DNA of 64,000 nucleotides from an uncultured Gammaproteobacteria bacterium (GCA_964594455.1 CAZQLY010000001.1:69989-133988); one strand, 5' to 3'; positions 41,437-51,810 are shown, counted from the first letter of the stretch. A program made the numbers and translations. The notes: a model not told the origin generated them from the sequence alone.

Positions 41437-44163
41437 ATGCCCGAGGTAAAAGCGACAATTCCACCTCTGCAATACTTTCCCTGGCCTGGCAAAAATAAAC
41501 CCCATGAAATTGTGGGTTGGTTTAACGGCCGCATAAGATATTGGAATAAGGCGGTGGATGAAATAAGTATTTGGTCCACTCGCCTGACAGAGATCAGCCG
41601 GACAATTTATACTATGATATTGATGCTGTTCGGTGTTTTTGGCTTGGGCGTGGGTATTTTCAAAGTTGCTGATATCTTGAATGATGATTTATCTTTTCAA
41701 TTGCTCTGGGAAGCTCGGGAACCTGAATTTATTATCTTTTGGGTTTCGGTGTTAGTTGATTGTTATATTTTTTATCGATTTGCCTGGCTGCAGCAGCACC
41801 GTAAAAAAATTGAGATGGAAGCTCCGGCTCCACTGGAATTTCATCACGCTGAGTATGCTACTATTGCCAAATTGCCGCCAAAGACCTGGATGGAAATATC
41901 AGCCTATTTTTCACCTGAGGCAAATAAAGCTGTGGAGAGGGCTGTAAGCTTTGCGGCTTCTTTGAAACATGATCAGGTCGACCCGATCCATTTGTTAATG
42001 GTCATTGCCAAAGAAAAACAGGTAGCTGTTATGTTTGCCCGACTTGGCATTCCTCCCAAAATACTTATGGATCATATCAATAAATCATTACGTAAGATCA
42101 AGAAAAGCAATTCAGCATCGCCTGATCTCTCGCAAAGTTTTCACCAGCTCTTACTGGGAGCTTATGAAGAGGCCTATCGTCGGAGAGGTAACCAGGTTGA
42201 AATTCCAGATTTGTTCACTGCCATTATGAAAACCGGAAAAGTAGCACAGGCTATTTTGTACGATTTAGATGTGGAAGCGGACGAATTGCGCAACGTAGTT
42301 ATTTGGTCGATGATCCAGGCGGATCTGCGCAAACAGATGAGACGCTATCGTGCTCGGGCCCGCTTCAAACCAAAAAATACAATGAATCGGGCAATGACCG
42401 CTGTGGCCACGCCGTTTCTGGATAAATTTAGCCAGGATTATACTTTGATGGCCAAAGCTGGCGCCCTGGATTATTGTGTTGATCGGAACGACGAGATAGA
42501 AAGTATTTTCCGAGCTGTTGAAGCCGGCAATAACGGCATCGTATTGGTCGGTAATCCCGGAGTAGGTCGTAAAACCATCGTGGCCGGTTTGGCTGAGAGA
42601 ATGGTGACTGAAGACGTTCCGCCGGTTTTTGAAGACAAACGCCTGGTTAGTTTGAGTATTAGCGCCTTGGTAGCGGGTGCCTCAGCGCCGGGGCAGTTGG
42701 AAGAAAGGCTTTTAGGAATAATGGCTGAAGCTGGCCGTTCCGGCAACATAGTTTTCTTTATCGAAGACATCCATAATATGATCGGTGTTAACACTGAAGG
42801 CGGCCAGGGCTTGGACCTCTCTGAAGTATTTGCCGAGTTTATTCAGAAACAGGCTTTTATTGTAATAACCAGTACCAATCCAACAGAATACCGCCGCTAT
42901 GTGGAACGCAGCAGTATCGGTGAAATATTGCATAAAGTAAATGTTGATGAGATGGACGAAACTCAAACCATCCATGTCTTAGAAGCCAAATCAGGATACA
43001 TTGAGTATCAGCAAAAAGTGTTTTTCTCGTATGAATCAATCGCCGCTATCGTACGGCTCGCAAAACGATATGTCTACGAGAAATTTTTCCCGGAAAAAGC
43101 TATTCAATTGATGGAAGAAGTTGCCTCCTATGTAAGACGAACCAAGGGAGTAAAGAATATAGTAACAGCCGAGGATGTGGCTCAGGTTATCTCTGCGAGA
43201 GTCAAAGTTCCTGTTACAAAAGTTACCCAAAAAGAGAGTGTTAAGCTGCTTCAACTAGAACAAAGAATTCATCAGCGCCTAGTTGATCAAGAAGAAGCCG
43301 TCAATATGGTAGCGGCGGCTTTGCGGAGAGCCCGAGCAGAATTAAGAGACCTGAAGAGACCAATTGTTAATTTGCTGTTTTTGGGCCCGACCGGTGTCGG
43401 AAAAACCGAATTGTCAAAAACTGTGGCCGAGGCCTACTTTGGCAGTGAAGATTCAATGATCCGTATAGATATGTCTGAATATCAAACCAAAGAAAGTATT
43501 AAGCGTTTGATTGGGGCGTCACCCGGTATGGCCAAGGGCGAAGAAGGAGGTTATCTGACTGAAGCAGTTCGTCGGACACCTTTTTCTCTATTACTGCTTG
43601 ATGAAATTGAAAAAGCCCATCCAGATATATTAAATTTGTTTTTACAAGTTTTTGATGATGGGCGCTTAACAGATTCTCAGGGCCGAACCATTGATTTCAC
43701 TAACACTATTATTATTGCTACTTCCAATGCTGGAACCCCGTTGATACAGAAAATGGTCAAAGAAGGCGTTCCGGTTGAGAAAATAAGAGACGAGCTGATT
43801 GATAAGGAATTATCAAAATATTACCGGCCAGAGTTTCTTAACCGGTTTGATGGTATTATGGTTTTCAAGCCCTTGTCACCAGAAGATTTGTATAAAATTG
43901 CTGAATTACTTCTGATCAAAGTGGCGCGTCGTTTGGAAGATAAAGGAATTATGCTGCAGGCCACAGCAGAAGCGATCAAGGAATTGGTTAAAGAGGGCTA
44001 TGATCCGGCCTTTGGAGCCCGACCGTTGCGCAGAGTTATTCAGAATAAAGTTGACAATGCTCTGGCTAATTTTTTGCTTCAAGGAAAATTGACCCGGAGA
44101 GATATTGCAATTCTAGAACCAGGCGGTGTTATCCGAGTAGAAAAGGCGGAATCATTTAAATAG
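41437..44163 (+). CDS. Clp/Hsp100-family AAA+ ATPase (ClpC-like) with an N-terminal two-TM membrane anchor and a degenerate D1 module
   Basis: Two Clp_N repeats. D1 carries 'GNPGVGRKT' (one-residue insertion breaking GxxxxGK[ST]) and 'FFIEDIH' (E-D in place of the D-E Walker B). D2 is intact: 'GPTGVGKT', 'LLLDEIEKAH', 'RIDMSEY', 'GARPLRR'. Residues ~50-110 contain two TM helices. Confidence 0.7.
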   Translation: MPEVKATIPPLQYFPWPGKNKPHEIVGWFNGRIRYWNKAVDEISIWSTRLTEISRTIYTMILMLFGVFGLGVGIFKVADILNDDLSFQLLWEAREPEFIIFWVSVLVDCYIFYRFAWLQQHRKKIEMEAPAPLEFHHAEYATIAKLPPKTWMEISAYFSPEANKAVERAVSFAASLKHDQVDPIHLLMVIAKEKQVAVMFARLGIPPKILMDHINKSLRKIKKSNSASPDLSQSFHQLLLGAYEEAYRRRGNQVEIPDLFTAIMKTGKVAQAILYDLDVEADELRNVVIWSMIQADLRKQMRRYRARARFKPKNTMNRAMTAVATPFLDKFSQDYTLMAKAGALDYCVDRNDEIESIFRAVEAGNNGIVLVGNPGVGRKTIVAGLAERMVTEDVPPVFEDKRLVSLSISALVAGASAPGQLEERLLGIMAEAGRSGNIVFFIEDIHNMIGVNTEGGQGLDLSEVFAEFIQKQAFIVITSTNPTEYRRYVERSSIGEILHKVNVDEMDETQTIHVLEAKSGYIEYQQKVFFSYESIAAIVRLAKRYVYEKFFPEKAIQLMEEVASYVRRTKGVKNIVTAEDVAQVISARVKVPVTKVTQKESVKLLQLEQRIHQRLVDQEEAVNMVAAALRRARAELRDLKRPIVNLLFLGPTGVGKTELSKTVAEAYFGSEDSMIRIDMSEYQTKESIKRLIGASPGMAKGEEGGYLTEAVRRTPFSLLLLDEIEKAHPDILNLFLQVFDDGRLTDSQGRTIDFTNTIIIATSNAGTPLIQKMVKEGVPVEKIRDELIDKELSKYYRPEFLNRFDGIMVFKPLSPEDLYKIAELLLIKVARRLEDKGIMLQATAEAIKELVKEGYDPAFGARPLRRVIQNKVDNALANFLLQGKLTRRDIAILEPGGVIRVEKAESFK

Positions 44164-44206
44164 TATAAAAAAGAACAGTCAAAAGGTACTGGAGGCTGTT
44201 TTTTTG

Positions 44207-44235
44207 TTTACACATTATACAATTAATGTTATAAT
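44207..44235 (+). promoter_or_regulatory. sigma70-like promoter for glyQS
   Basis: TTTACA, 17-nt spacer, TATAAT. Predicts a ~160-nt leader. Confidence 0.45.
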
Positions 44236-44250
44236 TTTTGGGAAAGAAAC

Positions 44251-44370
44251 AAAAAAAGACCCAGACACGCGGGTCGGAGGGGTGCCTACAAGAGACAGTA
44301 TAACCTTTGTGTCTGGGCTTCCGGCTGATGACCCCCCGGTGCGAAAGCGTGTAGTTCCTAAAGATCTATA
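44251..44370 (+). other. GC-rich structured 5' leader of glyQS (candidate cis-regulatory RNA)
   Basis: ACCCAGACAC (44261-70) pairs with GTGTCTGGG (44313-21). Several other GC stems sit in an otherwise AT-rich intergenic region. Confidence 0.25.
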
Positions 44371-44400
44371 GCTGGTAATAATATATTTTTTTAAGTTAAT

Positions 44401-45723
44401 ATGTCAAGAGACAATATGGCAATGGAAAAGTTAGTTTCGCTCGCCAAAAGGCGGGGTTTTATTTTTCCTAGCGCTGAGAAATATGGCGGGTTAGCCGGTT
44501 TTTGGGATTGGGGCCCGCTAGGAGTTGAATTGAAAAATAATATTAAAAAGCTGTGGTGGAAACGCTTTGTCCAAGAAAGACGGGACGTGGTGGGTCTCGA
44601 CAGTGCGATTATAACCAACCCAATGGTCTGGGAAAAAAGCGGCCACGCCCAGGGCTTTGCTGATAAACTATTAGAATGTAAGGAATGCCATCAAAGGTTT
44701 AGAGAAGAAGACATCACCATAGACAGAAAATGCCCCAATTGCGGCCAAAGCAATTTCGGGGCAGCCAGGGATTTTAATCTGATGTTACAAACCAATGTCG
44801 GCCCGGCCACCGATTCTGCATCGACTGCCTATTTGAGACCGGAAACTGCTCAAAATATTTTTGTAAACTTTGATACCGTTGTTCAAACTTGTCGTAAGAA
44901 GATACCTTTTGGAATCGCTCAGATTGGAAAAGCCTTTCGCAACGAGATCACACCGGGTAATTTCATATTCCGATCTAGAGAATTTGAACAGATGGAGTTG
45001 GAATTTTTTGTCAGCCCGAAGGAAGATAAAAAGTGGTTTGACTACTGGGTTGATATGTCACTGCGATGGTTTTTGGAATTGGGGATTAAGGAGACGAATA
45101 TTAAGAAGCGAGTTCAGAAAAAAGACGAGCTGGCTCATTATGCCAAACAAACAATTGATATCGAGTATAAATGGCCGTTCGATAAAGGCTGGGGTGAGCT
45201 GATTGGCATAGCTAACCGTACCGATTATGATACCAAGGCCCATCAAATAGAATACCGTGATGAGTCAGAGAAATTTCATCCCCATGTTATCGAGCCTTCC
45301 TTTGGCGTTGAGCGGCCAGCGCTGGCATTCTTACTGGACGCATTTGAAGAGGTTAAAGGCGGACGGACTACGACTACCAAGAGTACCAAAGAAGCAGAAA
45401 CAGTTTTACGCCTGCATAAGAGCCTGGCGCCAATTAAAATTGCTGTTCTACCTCTGTCAAAGAAAGAACCCTTGGCTAAACTGGCCCAAAATATTTTTGA
45501 TTCACTCAAATTTAAATATTTCTGCGATTATGATGATGTGGCCTCGATTGGTCGCCGTTATCGCCGCCAGGATGAGGTCGGAACCCCATACTGTTTAACT
45601 GTAGACTTTGAATCTTTGGAAGACAAAAAAGTCACTGTACGTGATCGCGATACCATGGAGCAGGAACGAATAGCTATAGAATCATTGATAGACTACTTTG
45701 CTGAAAAATTCAATGAAATATAA
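44401..45723 (+). CDS. glyQS: glycine--tRNA ligase (class II, alpha2 type)
   Basis: 'LAKRRGFIFPSAEKYGGLAGFWDWGPLGVELKNNIKKLWW' and 'FRNEITPGNFIFRSREFEQMELEFF' (class II motif 2 region). Confidence 0.85.
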   Translation: MSRDNMAMEKLVSLAKRRGFIFPSAEKYGGLAGFWDWGPLGVELKNNIKKLWWKRFVQERRDVVGLDSAIITNPMVWEKSGHAQGFADKLLECKECHQRFREEDITIDRKCPNCGQSNFGAARDFNLMLQTNVGPATDSASTAYLRPETAQNIFVNFDTVVQTCRKKIPFGIAQIGKAFRNEITPGNFIFRSREFEQMELEFFVSPKEDKKWFDYWVDMSLRWFLELGIKETNIKKRVQKKDELAHYAKQTIDIEYKWPFDKGWGELIGIANRTDYDTKAHQIEYRDESEKFHPHVIEPSFGVERPALAFLLDAFEEVKGGRTTTTKSTKEAETVLRLHKSLAPIKIAVLPLSKKEPLAKLAQNIFDSLKFKYFCDYDDVASIGRRYRRQDEVGTPYCLTVDFESLEDKKVTVRDRDTMEQERIAIESLIDYFAEKFNEI

Positions 45724-46981
45724 TAAAACCGTTAATGCCAACGGACTAAGGGTTATTACAGTACCGCGTTCAGATTCCAAAGCGGTAACTATTATGGTTG
45801 TAGTGAAAGTTGGCTCCAGGCATGAAACTGCTAAGATTAATGGTATCTCTCATTTTGTTGAACACATGATGTTCAAGGGGACAGCCAAAAGACCGACTAC
45901 TTTAGAAATTTCAAAAGCCTTAGATTCAGTCGGTGCTGAATATAATGCTTTTACTGCCAAGGACCATACTGGCTATTATATAAAAGTTGATCGAAGACAT
46001 ATCAATCTTGCTTTGGATATTATTTCAGATATGTTAATTAATTCGAAATTTGATTCTGTCGAGCTGGAACGAGAAAAGGGAGTTATCGTCGAGGAGATTA
46101 ATATGTATGAAGACAATCCACTAATGTATGTTGAAGAGCTACTGGAACAGTTAGTCTATGGCAAGAACGATAAGCTGGGCCGATTAATATCTGGATCAAG
46201 ACAAACGGTGCGGGGATTAACCCGAGCCGATCTGGTGGACTATGTCGATAAATACTATTCCTCGGACCGAACTGTTGTAGTGGCGGCGGGTGCCGTTGAT
46301 GATAAGGTGCAAGCCAAGATATCAAAATTGTTTTCTAACTATCACAGAAGCTCCCAGCCGGAAAAATTTAGTCGGAGAAAAATCACTCAAACCAAACCCA
46401 GGGTCTCAATTTTAAAGAAGAAGACAGAGCAAATCCAGCTGGGCTTGGGATTTCCTGGGGTGGCCTACAATGATTCGCGCCGTTATGCTGTAGCCTTGCT
46501 CAGGATAATAATGGGCGGCAATATGAGTTCACGCTTGTTTATTTCCATACGGGAACGGCAAGGACTAGCCTATTATATAAAGGCTGATCACGGTTTTTTT
46601 GAGGATACTGGATTGTTTTATGTCCAAGCTGGCTTAGATAAATCGAGACTGGAACTGGCTATCGCCGCTATATTAAAGGAAATCAATGAAGTAAAGAAAA
46701 AAGGAGTCAACCTGGCAGAAGTCAAAAAAGCCAAAGATTTTCTGCAAGGCAAAATAGTTTTGGATTTGGATGATTCCAGTAATATTGCATCCTGGTTTGC
46801 GCGGCAGGAGGCGGTCGAAGGCAAATCATTGTCTCCGGAAGAGCATTTTGCGTTTATTAATAAGGTAAAACCCAAGGATATCCAGAAAGCTGCCCAACAG
46901 CTGTTTATCAAGAATAAATTGAACCTTGCCTTGATTGGTCCTGTCTCTTCTACCCAGTCAATAAAAAAAGTTATTCAATAA
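45698..46981 (+). CDS. M16-family zinc peptidase (insulinase-like)
   Basis: 'HFVEHMMFKGT' is the inverted HxxEH zinc-binding motif of the M16 family. Confidence 0.75.
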   Translation: MLKNSMKYNKTVNANGLRVITVPRSDSKAVTIMVVVKVGSRHETAKINGISHFVEHMMFKGTAKRPTTLEISKALDSVGAEYNAFTAKDHTGYYIKVDRRHINLALDIISDMLINSKFDSVELEREKGVIVEEINMYEDNPLMYVEELLEQLVYGKNDKLGRLISGSRQTVRGLTRADLVDYVDKYYSSDRTVVVAAGAVDDKVQAKISKLFSNYHRSSQPEKFSRRKITQTKPRVSILKKKTEQIQLGLGFPGVAYNDSRRYAVALLRIIMGGNMSSRLFISIRERQGLAYYIKADHGFFEDTGLFYVQAGLDKSRLELAIAAILKEINEVKKKGVNLAEVKKAKDFLQGKIVLDLDDSSNIASWFARQEAVEGKSLSPEEHFAFINKVKPKDIQKAAQQLFIKNKLNLALIGPVSSTQSIKKVIQ

Positions 46982-47027
46982 TTTTGCAGGATTGGCGATT
47001 TTTCGGTATAATTAAAAGTGCGTGTAA

Positions 47028-48098
47028 TTGACAAAAATGGCTGACAAAAACAACTCAAATGTAACTATTTCAACCGGGACGATATTCAAAGTCATATTGA
47101 TTTTATTGGCTTTATGGTTTGTTTACCAGATACGCAGCATTATCGGAATCTTGTTTGTTTCTATAATATTTACGGCTGGCATCATCCCTTGGGTTGATTG
47201 GCTGGAAAACAAAAAAATACCCAGGGTTTTAGGCACTTCCGTCATTTACGCGGTTGTACTAGGTATTTTTAGTTTGATTGTTGTTTTAATAATTCCACCA
47301 TTATCTGATCAAGTTGGTCAGATAGTATCGGCTTTTCCTGAGTATTACGAAAAAATAGTGAAAGGGTTTGAGACTCTAGAATCATCCAACGATAGTGCCA
47401 TCGCTTCCAGCATCCAGGGTGGGCTCGAAAGCATTAATGAAGCCTTGCGCAATGCTGCCTCGGGTATTTTATCCAGTTTGGTTTCGGTGTTTGGTGGATT
47501 TGCTTCCTTCCTCAGCGTAGTAGTGATTACCTTCTATTTAGTTTTGGAACGCAATGGATTTAAGAAAATTATTCATTCCATCTCGCCAGTCCAATATCAG
47601 CCTTATCTGATTCAGTTGAGCAATCGCATCACCACTAAGCTTGGTTCCTGGCTGAGGGGGCAGCTGCTTCTCAGTTTGATTATCTTCCTGATGTCGTATA
47701 TCGGCCTTTTGTTGTTGAATGTTAAATACGCTCTGGTTTTGGCTTTGATTGCTGGCTTATTTGAATTTATACCTATTATTGGACCAATCATCGGTGCTAT
47801 ACCGGCCCTGTTCCTCAGTTTTGCTGAATCACCAGGTAAGGCCCTGATGGTTTTGATTCTCTATATCGTTATCCAGCAGCTGGAAAACCAGATTGTCGTT
47901 CCAAAAGTCATGCAAAAGTCAGTGGGCCTGAATCCGGTCATTGTAATTATTGCTATGCTCATCGGGGGGCAGCTAGGGGGCATGTTGGGAATAATATTAG
48001 CAATTCCTGTAGCCGCAATTATCCAAGTATTCAGCAGCGATTTTTTTGGACAGCGTCGAGCTAAAGATAACGAGCTGGAAGAAAGCGAATCTACGTAA
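47028..48098 (+). CDS. AI-2E family transporter (PerM/UPF0118)
   Basis: ~8 TM helices with an organisation typical of the AI-2E family. Confidence 0.5.
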   Translation: MTKMADKNNSNVTISTGTIFKVILILLALWFVYQIRSIIGILFVSIIFTAGIIPWVDWLENKKIPRVLGTSVIYAVVLGIFSLIVVLIIPPLSDQVGQIVSAFPEYYEKIVKGFETLESSNDSAIASSIQGGLESINEALRNAASGILSSLVSVFGGFASFLSVVVITFYLVLERNGFKKIIHSISPVQYQPYLIQLSNRITTKLGSWLRGQLLLSLIIFLMSYIGLLLLNVKYALVLALIAGLFEFIPIIGPIIGAIPALFLSFAESPGKALMVLILYIVIQQLENQIVVPKVMQKSVGLNPVIVIIAMLIGGQLGGMLGIILAIPVAAIIQVFSSDFFGQRRAKDNELEESEST

Positions 48099-48100
48099 AC

Positions 48101-48790
48101 ATGGGCATCCTGTATGTGGTGGCGACACCGATCGGCAATCTAGAGGACATGACACTGAGAGCCATGCGGATTTTGCGTGAAGTGGATTTGATTTTATGCG
48201 AAGATACTCGAGTATCCCAGAAGCTATTACAGCATTTTGAAATAAAAAAACCTCTGCTAAGTTACCACCAGCACAGCCGGTTACAGCGCATTGACGAAGT
48301 CATTAAAAAAATAAATGACGGTCAAAACATCGCCCTGGTGACAGATGCCGGCACTCCCGGCGTTTCTGATCCGGGAAATGTCTTGGTTAGAGAGGTAATA
48401 GAGCGGTGCGGTCCGGAGGCAGAAATCATTTCTATCCCGGGCGTATCTGCAGTAACCAGTGCGGCCAGCATTGCCGGATTGCCGAGTGATCGGTTTTTGT
48501 TTTTAGGGTTTTTACCCCACAAGAAAGGCAAGGAAACATTACTTAAGAGGATTGCTGAGAGTACTGAAACCGTGATATTTTATGAATCGCCCCACAGAAT
48601 ATTAAAAACTCTTCAGAAGTTGAATGCCATAGTCAGTCCGGATAGAAAAGTCGTAGTCTTGCGCGAATTGACTAAGAAGTTTGAACAGCGTGTCGGAGAA
48701 ACTATTGAAGAGTGTCTGGATTATTTTGAAAAGCATCAAGATAAAATAAAAGGAGAATTCGCCGTTGTGGTCGGAGGAAAAAAACAATGA
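48101..48790 (+). CDS. rsmI: 16S rRNA (cytidine1402-2'-O)-methyltransferase
   Basis: 'LYVVATPIGNLEDMTLRA...ILCEDTRVSQKLL', tetrapyrrole-methylase fold, RsmI pattern. Confidence 0.8.
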   Translation: MGILYVVATPIGNLEDMTLRAMRILREVDLILCEDTRVSQKLLQHFEIKKPLLSYHQHSRLQRIDEVIKKINDGQNIALVTDAGTPGVSDPGNVLVREVIERCGPEAEIISIPGVSAVTSAASIAGLPSDRFLFLGFLPHKKGKETLLKRIAESTETVIFYESPHRILKTLQKLNAIVSPDRKVVVLRELTKKFEQRVGETIEECLDYFEKHQDKIKGEFAVVVGGKKQ

Positions 48791-50220
48791 AGTATTACAT
48801 CACCACGCCAATTTATTACGTAAATGATAAACCCCACCTCGGGCATGCTTATACTACGGTGGCTGCGGATGTATTGGCGCGTTTCCATCGCCGACAAGGG
48901 GATAATGTTTTCTTCCTGACTGGCACTGATGAGCATGGAGCTAAAGTAGCTGAGAGTGCCGAGCAAGCCGGACAAAACCCCCAAGATTATGTTAACGAAG
49001 TGGTTGAACTGTTTGACTTAGCTTGGAAGAATCTTAACATAAAATACGACCATTTCATCCGAACAACTGACCAGCAGCACATAGAAGCGGTTGAAGGGTT
49101 TATGAAAACGCTTAAGGCTAACGATGCATTGTATGAAGGAAAATATGAGGGCCTCTACTGCATTGGCTGCGAGAAATTTATTACTGAGAAAGAATTAGTT
49201 GACGGTAAATGCCCCGATCATAATAAGAAGCCTAAAAAGATAAAAGAGAAAAATTTTTTCTTTAAACTATCGGATTACCTTGATCAAGTCAGGGAAATGA
49301 TTGAGAAAGATGAGATCCGCATCTTGCCAAAGGAGAGAAAAAGCGAAGTGATAGGATTATTTAAACAGGGGCTGGATGATTTCTCGGTTTCTCGAGAAAA
49401 AGTCAAATGGGGGATACCATTGCCTTTTGACAACAAGCAGGTGATTTACGTTTGGGTGGAGGCTTTACAAAACTACATCTCTGCCATTGGCTATGGGAAA
49501 GACTCCAATCAATTCAAAACTTGGTGGCCGGCTGACTGCCACTTGATGGCCAAGGATATTTTGAAATTCCATGCTATATATTGGCCAGCTATGTTGCTGG
49601 CAGTTGGGGAAAAGCCCCCGCACGAGCTTTTTGTCCATGGCTTCTTTACTATCAACGGTCAGAAGATGAGCAAGTCGCTGGGCAATGTCATCAATCCAAA
49701 CGAGCTGGCGGATAAATATGGGTCTGATGCCGCCCGATACTTATTGCTCAGCCAATTCCCGTTTGGGCAAGATGGAGATGTCAAGGAATCTTTGTTCACC
49801 GAGAAATACAATGCTGATCTAGCAAACGGATTGGGCAACTTGGTCAGCCGCACTGCAAATTTGATGGAAAAGTATGAGGTAAAGGTTGGAACTAATGCTA
49901 AGCCTGCCAATAAAGAAAGTGAAATAAAGTTTAAAAATATTAGTGAAGCAGTAGAAAACTATAAGTTTGATCAAGCCCTGAAGGGCATATTTCAGATTAT
50001 AGATCATGCTAATAAAGTTTTAGATACTAGTGCCCCCTGGAAGATGGCTGATTCACAGGCAGTCGAACGGACTGAGGTATTACAGGCGGTGGCTAGTTTG
50101 ATAAAGATTATCGCCCAACAAATTTATCCTTTTATGCCGATTGCTAGTCGTAAGATAGAAAAACAGTTTTCAGCCGATAAAGTTAAGAAAGAAGAAAGCC
50201 TTTTCCCGCGCATTAAATAG
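48787..50220 (+). CDS. metG: methionine--tRNA ligase
   Basis: 'YITTPIYYVNDKPHLGHAYTTVAADV' (HIGH) and 'KMSKSLGN'. Confidence 0.9.
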   Translation: MKYYITTPIYYVNDKPHLGHAYTTVAADVLARFHRRQGDNVFFLTGTDEHGAKVAESAEQAGQNPQDYVNEVVELFDLAWKNLNIKYDHFIRTTDQQHIEAVEGFMKTLKANDALYEGKYEGLYCIGCEKFITEKELVDGKCPDHNKKPKKIKEKNFFFKLSDYLDQVREMIEKDEIRILPKERKSEVIGLFKQGLDDFSVSREKVKWGIPLPFDNKQVIYVWVEALQNYISAIGYGKDSNQFKTWWPADCHLMAKDILKFHAIYWPAMLLAVGEKPPHELFVHGFFTINGQKMSKSLGNVINPNELADKYGSDAARYLLLSQFPFGQDGDVKESLFTEKYNADLANGLGNLVSRTANLMEKYEVKVGTNAKPANKESEIKFKNISEAVENYKFDQALKGIFQIIDHANKVLDTSAPWKMADSQAVERTEVLQAVASLIKIIAQQIYPFMPIASRKIEKQFSADKVKKEESLFPRIK

Positions 50221-50228
50221 TCATTATT

Positions 50229-50741
50229 ATGGCAACCATTGATTTAGTGTTACTAATAATTCTCGGTGGCTTCATAGTCATGGGTTTTATGACTGGTTTA
50301 TTTCAAGCCCTGGGGGCAGTAGTTGGGATAATCTTTGGGTATTTCATGGCCAGCCAGTTTTATGAACCGCTGGGTAATTTGATATCACCCATGGTGATGG
50401 GCAACGAAGGGTTGAGTAATGTTATAGCCTTTACCTTAATTTTTCTTATTATCAATCATTTGGTTGGTATTGTTGTTTGGTTTTTGGCTAAGACGTTTCA
50501 ATTTCTCAAGCTGGTACCGTTTTATTCGATCCTGAACAGATTTGTCGGATCAGTATTGGGTTTCATAGAAGGGCTGTTTGTAATCGGGGTGGTTTTGAAC
50601 ATCATTGATGTTTTCTTGCGTCAGCCGCAGCTCAGTGAACAAATTGCCAGATCAGATCTGGCTCAGCTGATGTTGGGTACGGCCAAATTATTGGATTACA
50701 TTTTACCCTCAGCTTATCAAGCTCTAAATTCGATGATGTGA
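50229..50741 (+). CDS. cvpA: CvpA-family membrane protein
   Basis: 'IDLVLLIILGGFIVMGFMTGLFQALGAVVG' is typical of the colicin V production protein family. Confidence 0.55.
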   Translation: MATIDLVLLIILGGFIVMGFMTGLFQALGAVVGIIFGYFMASQFYEPLGNLISPMVMGNEGLSNVIAFTLIFLIINHLVGIVVWFLAKTFQFLKLVPFYSILNRFVGSVLGFIEGLFVIGVVLNIIDVFLRQPQLSEQIARSDLAQLMLGTAKLLDYILPSAYQALNSMM

Positions 50742-51532
50742 TGTTAGTTGACTCGCACGCCCATCTGAACTTCAAGGCTTATAACAAAGATCGCTCGGAT
50801 GTGATAACGAGATGCCTTCAGAATAATATGAAGGTTATTAATGTTGGTTCCCAGCTTCCGACAAGCCAAAAAGCGGTTGAGCTGGCCTTGCAAAATCCCG
50901 ACGCGATGTATGCGGCGGTGGGTTTTCATCCGGTGCATTCAGAAAAGATTGAGTACGATTTGGCTGCCTTTCGTGATTTGATTGAAAAAAATAGGAAGGC
51001 AATCGTGGCAGTAGGCGAGATAGGCTTGGACTATTATCGGCTGGAGGCTAACACAGAAGAAGATGAGCAGAAGATAAAAGAAGATCAAAAAGAGCTGTTT
51101 AAGATCCAGTACCAATTAGCCCAAGATAATAATTTACCGGTAATAGTTCATTGCCGAGATGCTTACGACGATCTGATTAATTTATGCCAAGAAATATCAG
51201 ATCAACATATCGGTGTGGTCCATTGTTTTTTGGGAGATGTTGCTATAGCTGATAAATTCTTACAACAGGGATTCTTATTGGGATTTACCGGTATAATAAC
51301 TTTTGGAGATGATGAAAAGTTAAAAGAAGTAATTGAACATGTTCCTCTAAAAAAAATGTTGATCGAGACTGATGCCCCATATTTATCCCCAGTTCCTTTT
51401 CGTGGGAAGCGCAATGAACCTCTTTTTGTTCAATACGTGGCAGAAAAAATTGCCGAGATAAAAGGAATATCAAAAGATAAGGTGGTAGAACAGACGGCTG
51501 GTAATGCTAGTCAGCTTTTTCAATTAGGTTAA
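50738..51532 (+). CDS. tatD: TatD-family metal-dependent DNase/hydrolase
   Basis: 'LVDSHAHLNF', 'GEIGLDY', 'VIVHCRDA', 'LIETDAPYL'. Confidence 0.85.
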   Translation: MMLVDSHAHLNFKAYNKDRSDVITRCLQNNMKVINVGSQLPTSQKAVELALQNPDAMYAAVGFHPVHSEKIEYDLAAFRDLIEKNRKAIVAVGEIGLDYYRLEANTEEDEQKIKEDQKELFKIQYQLAQDNNLPVIVHCRDAYDDLINLCQEISDQHIGVVHCFLGDVAIADKFLQQGFLLGFTGIITFGDDEKLKEVIEHVPLKKMLIETDAPYLSPVPFRGKRNEPLFVQYVAEKIAEIKGISKDKVVEQTAGNASQLFQLG

Positions 51533-51589
51533 GTAACCCGCTTCCGGTTAGTAAGAGTAGCGCCCTGGGTACGGTATTGGTCCTGCGGC

Positions 51590-51810
51590 CGAATTATTTA
51601 CTGCATATTGTCATGCTGAATTTATTTCAGCATCTCCACCATCATGCTAAAGTTGTTTAGTAGTCTATACCCGCCTGCGCCTCAAAAGATTAATTCTAAT
51701 AGGTATAGTAGTGGGCTACGGCGGGTTATTTACAGCCCGCCTCGCTGAAGACAAGCATCAGCGAGTCGAGGCGGGTGGCTATAAGATAACACATGGTGGT
51801 TATTATCTAT
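51590..51810. other. GC-rich structured noncoding region (candidate small RNA)
   Basis: Perfect hairpins ATGCTGAA/TTCAGCAT, CTATACC/GGTATAG, GGCGGG/CCCGCC and GCCCGCCTCGCTGA...TCAGCGAG..GAGGCGGG. Lies between convergent tatD and a minus-strand gene, distal to that gene's terminator. Confidence 0.2.

Noticed and set aside
44251-44370. Leader of glyQS considered as a canonical T-box riboswitch
   Set aside because: No AGGGUGGNACCGCG T-box sequence and no clear terminator/antiterminator pair is recognisable by eye. It is kept only as a generic structured leader.
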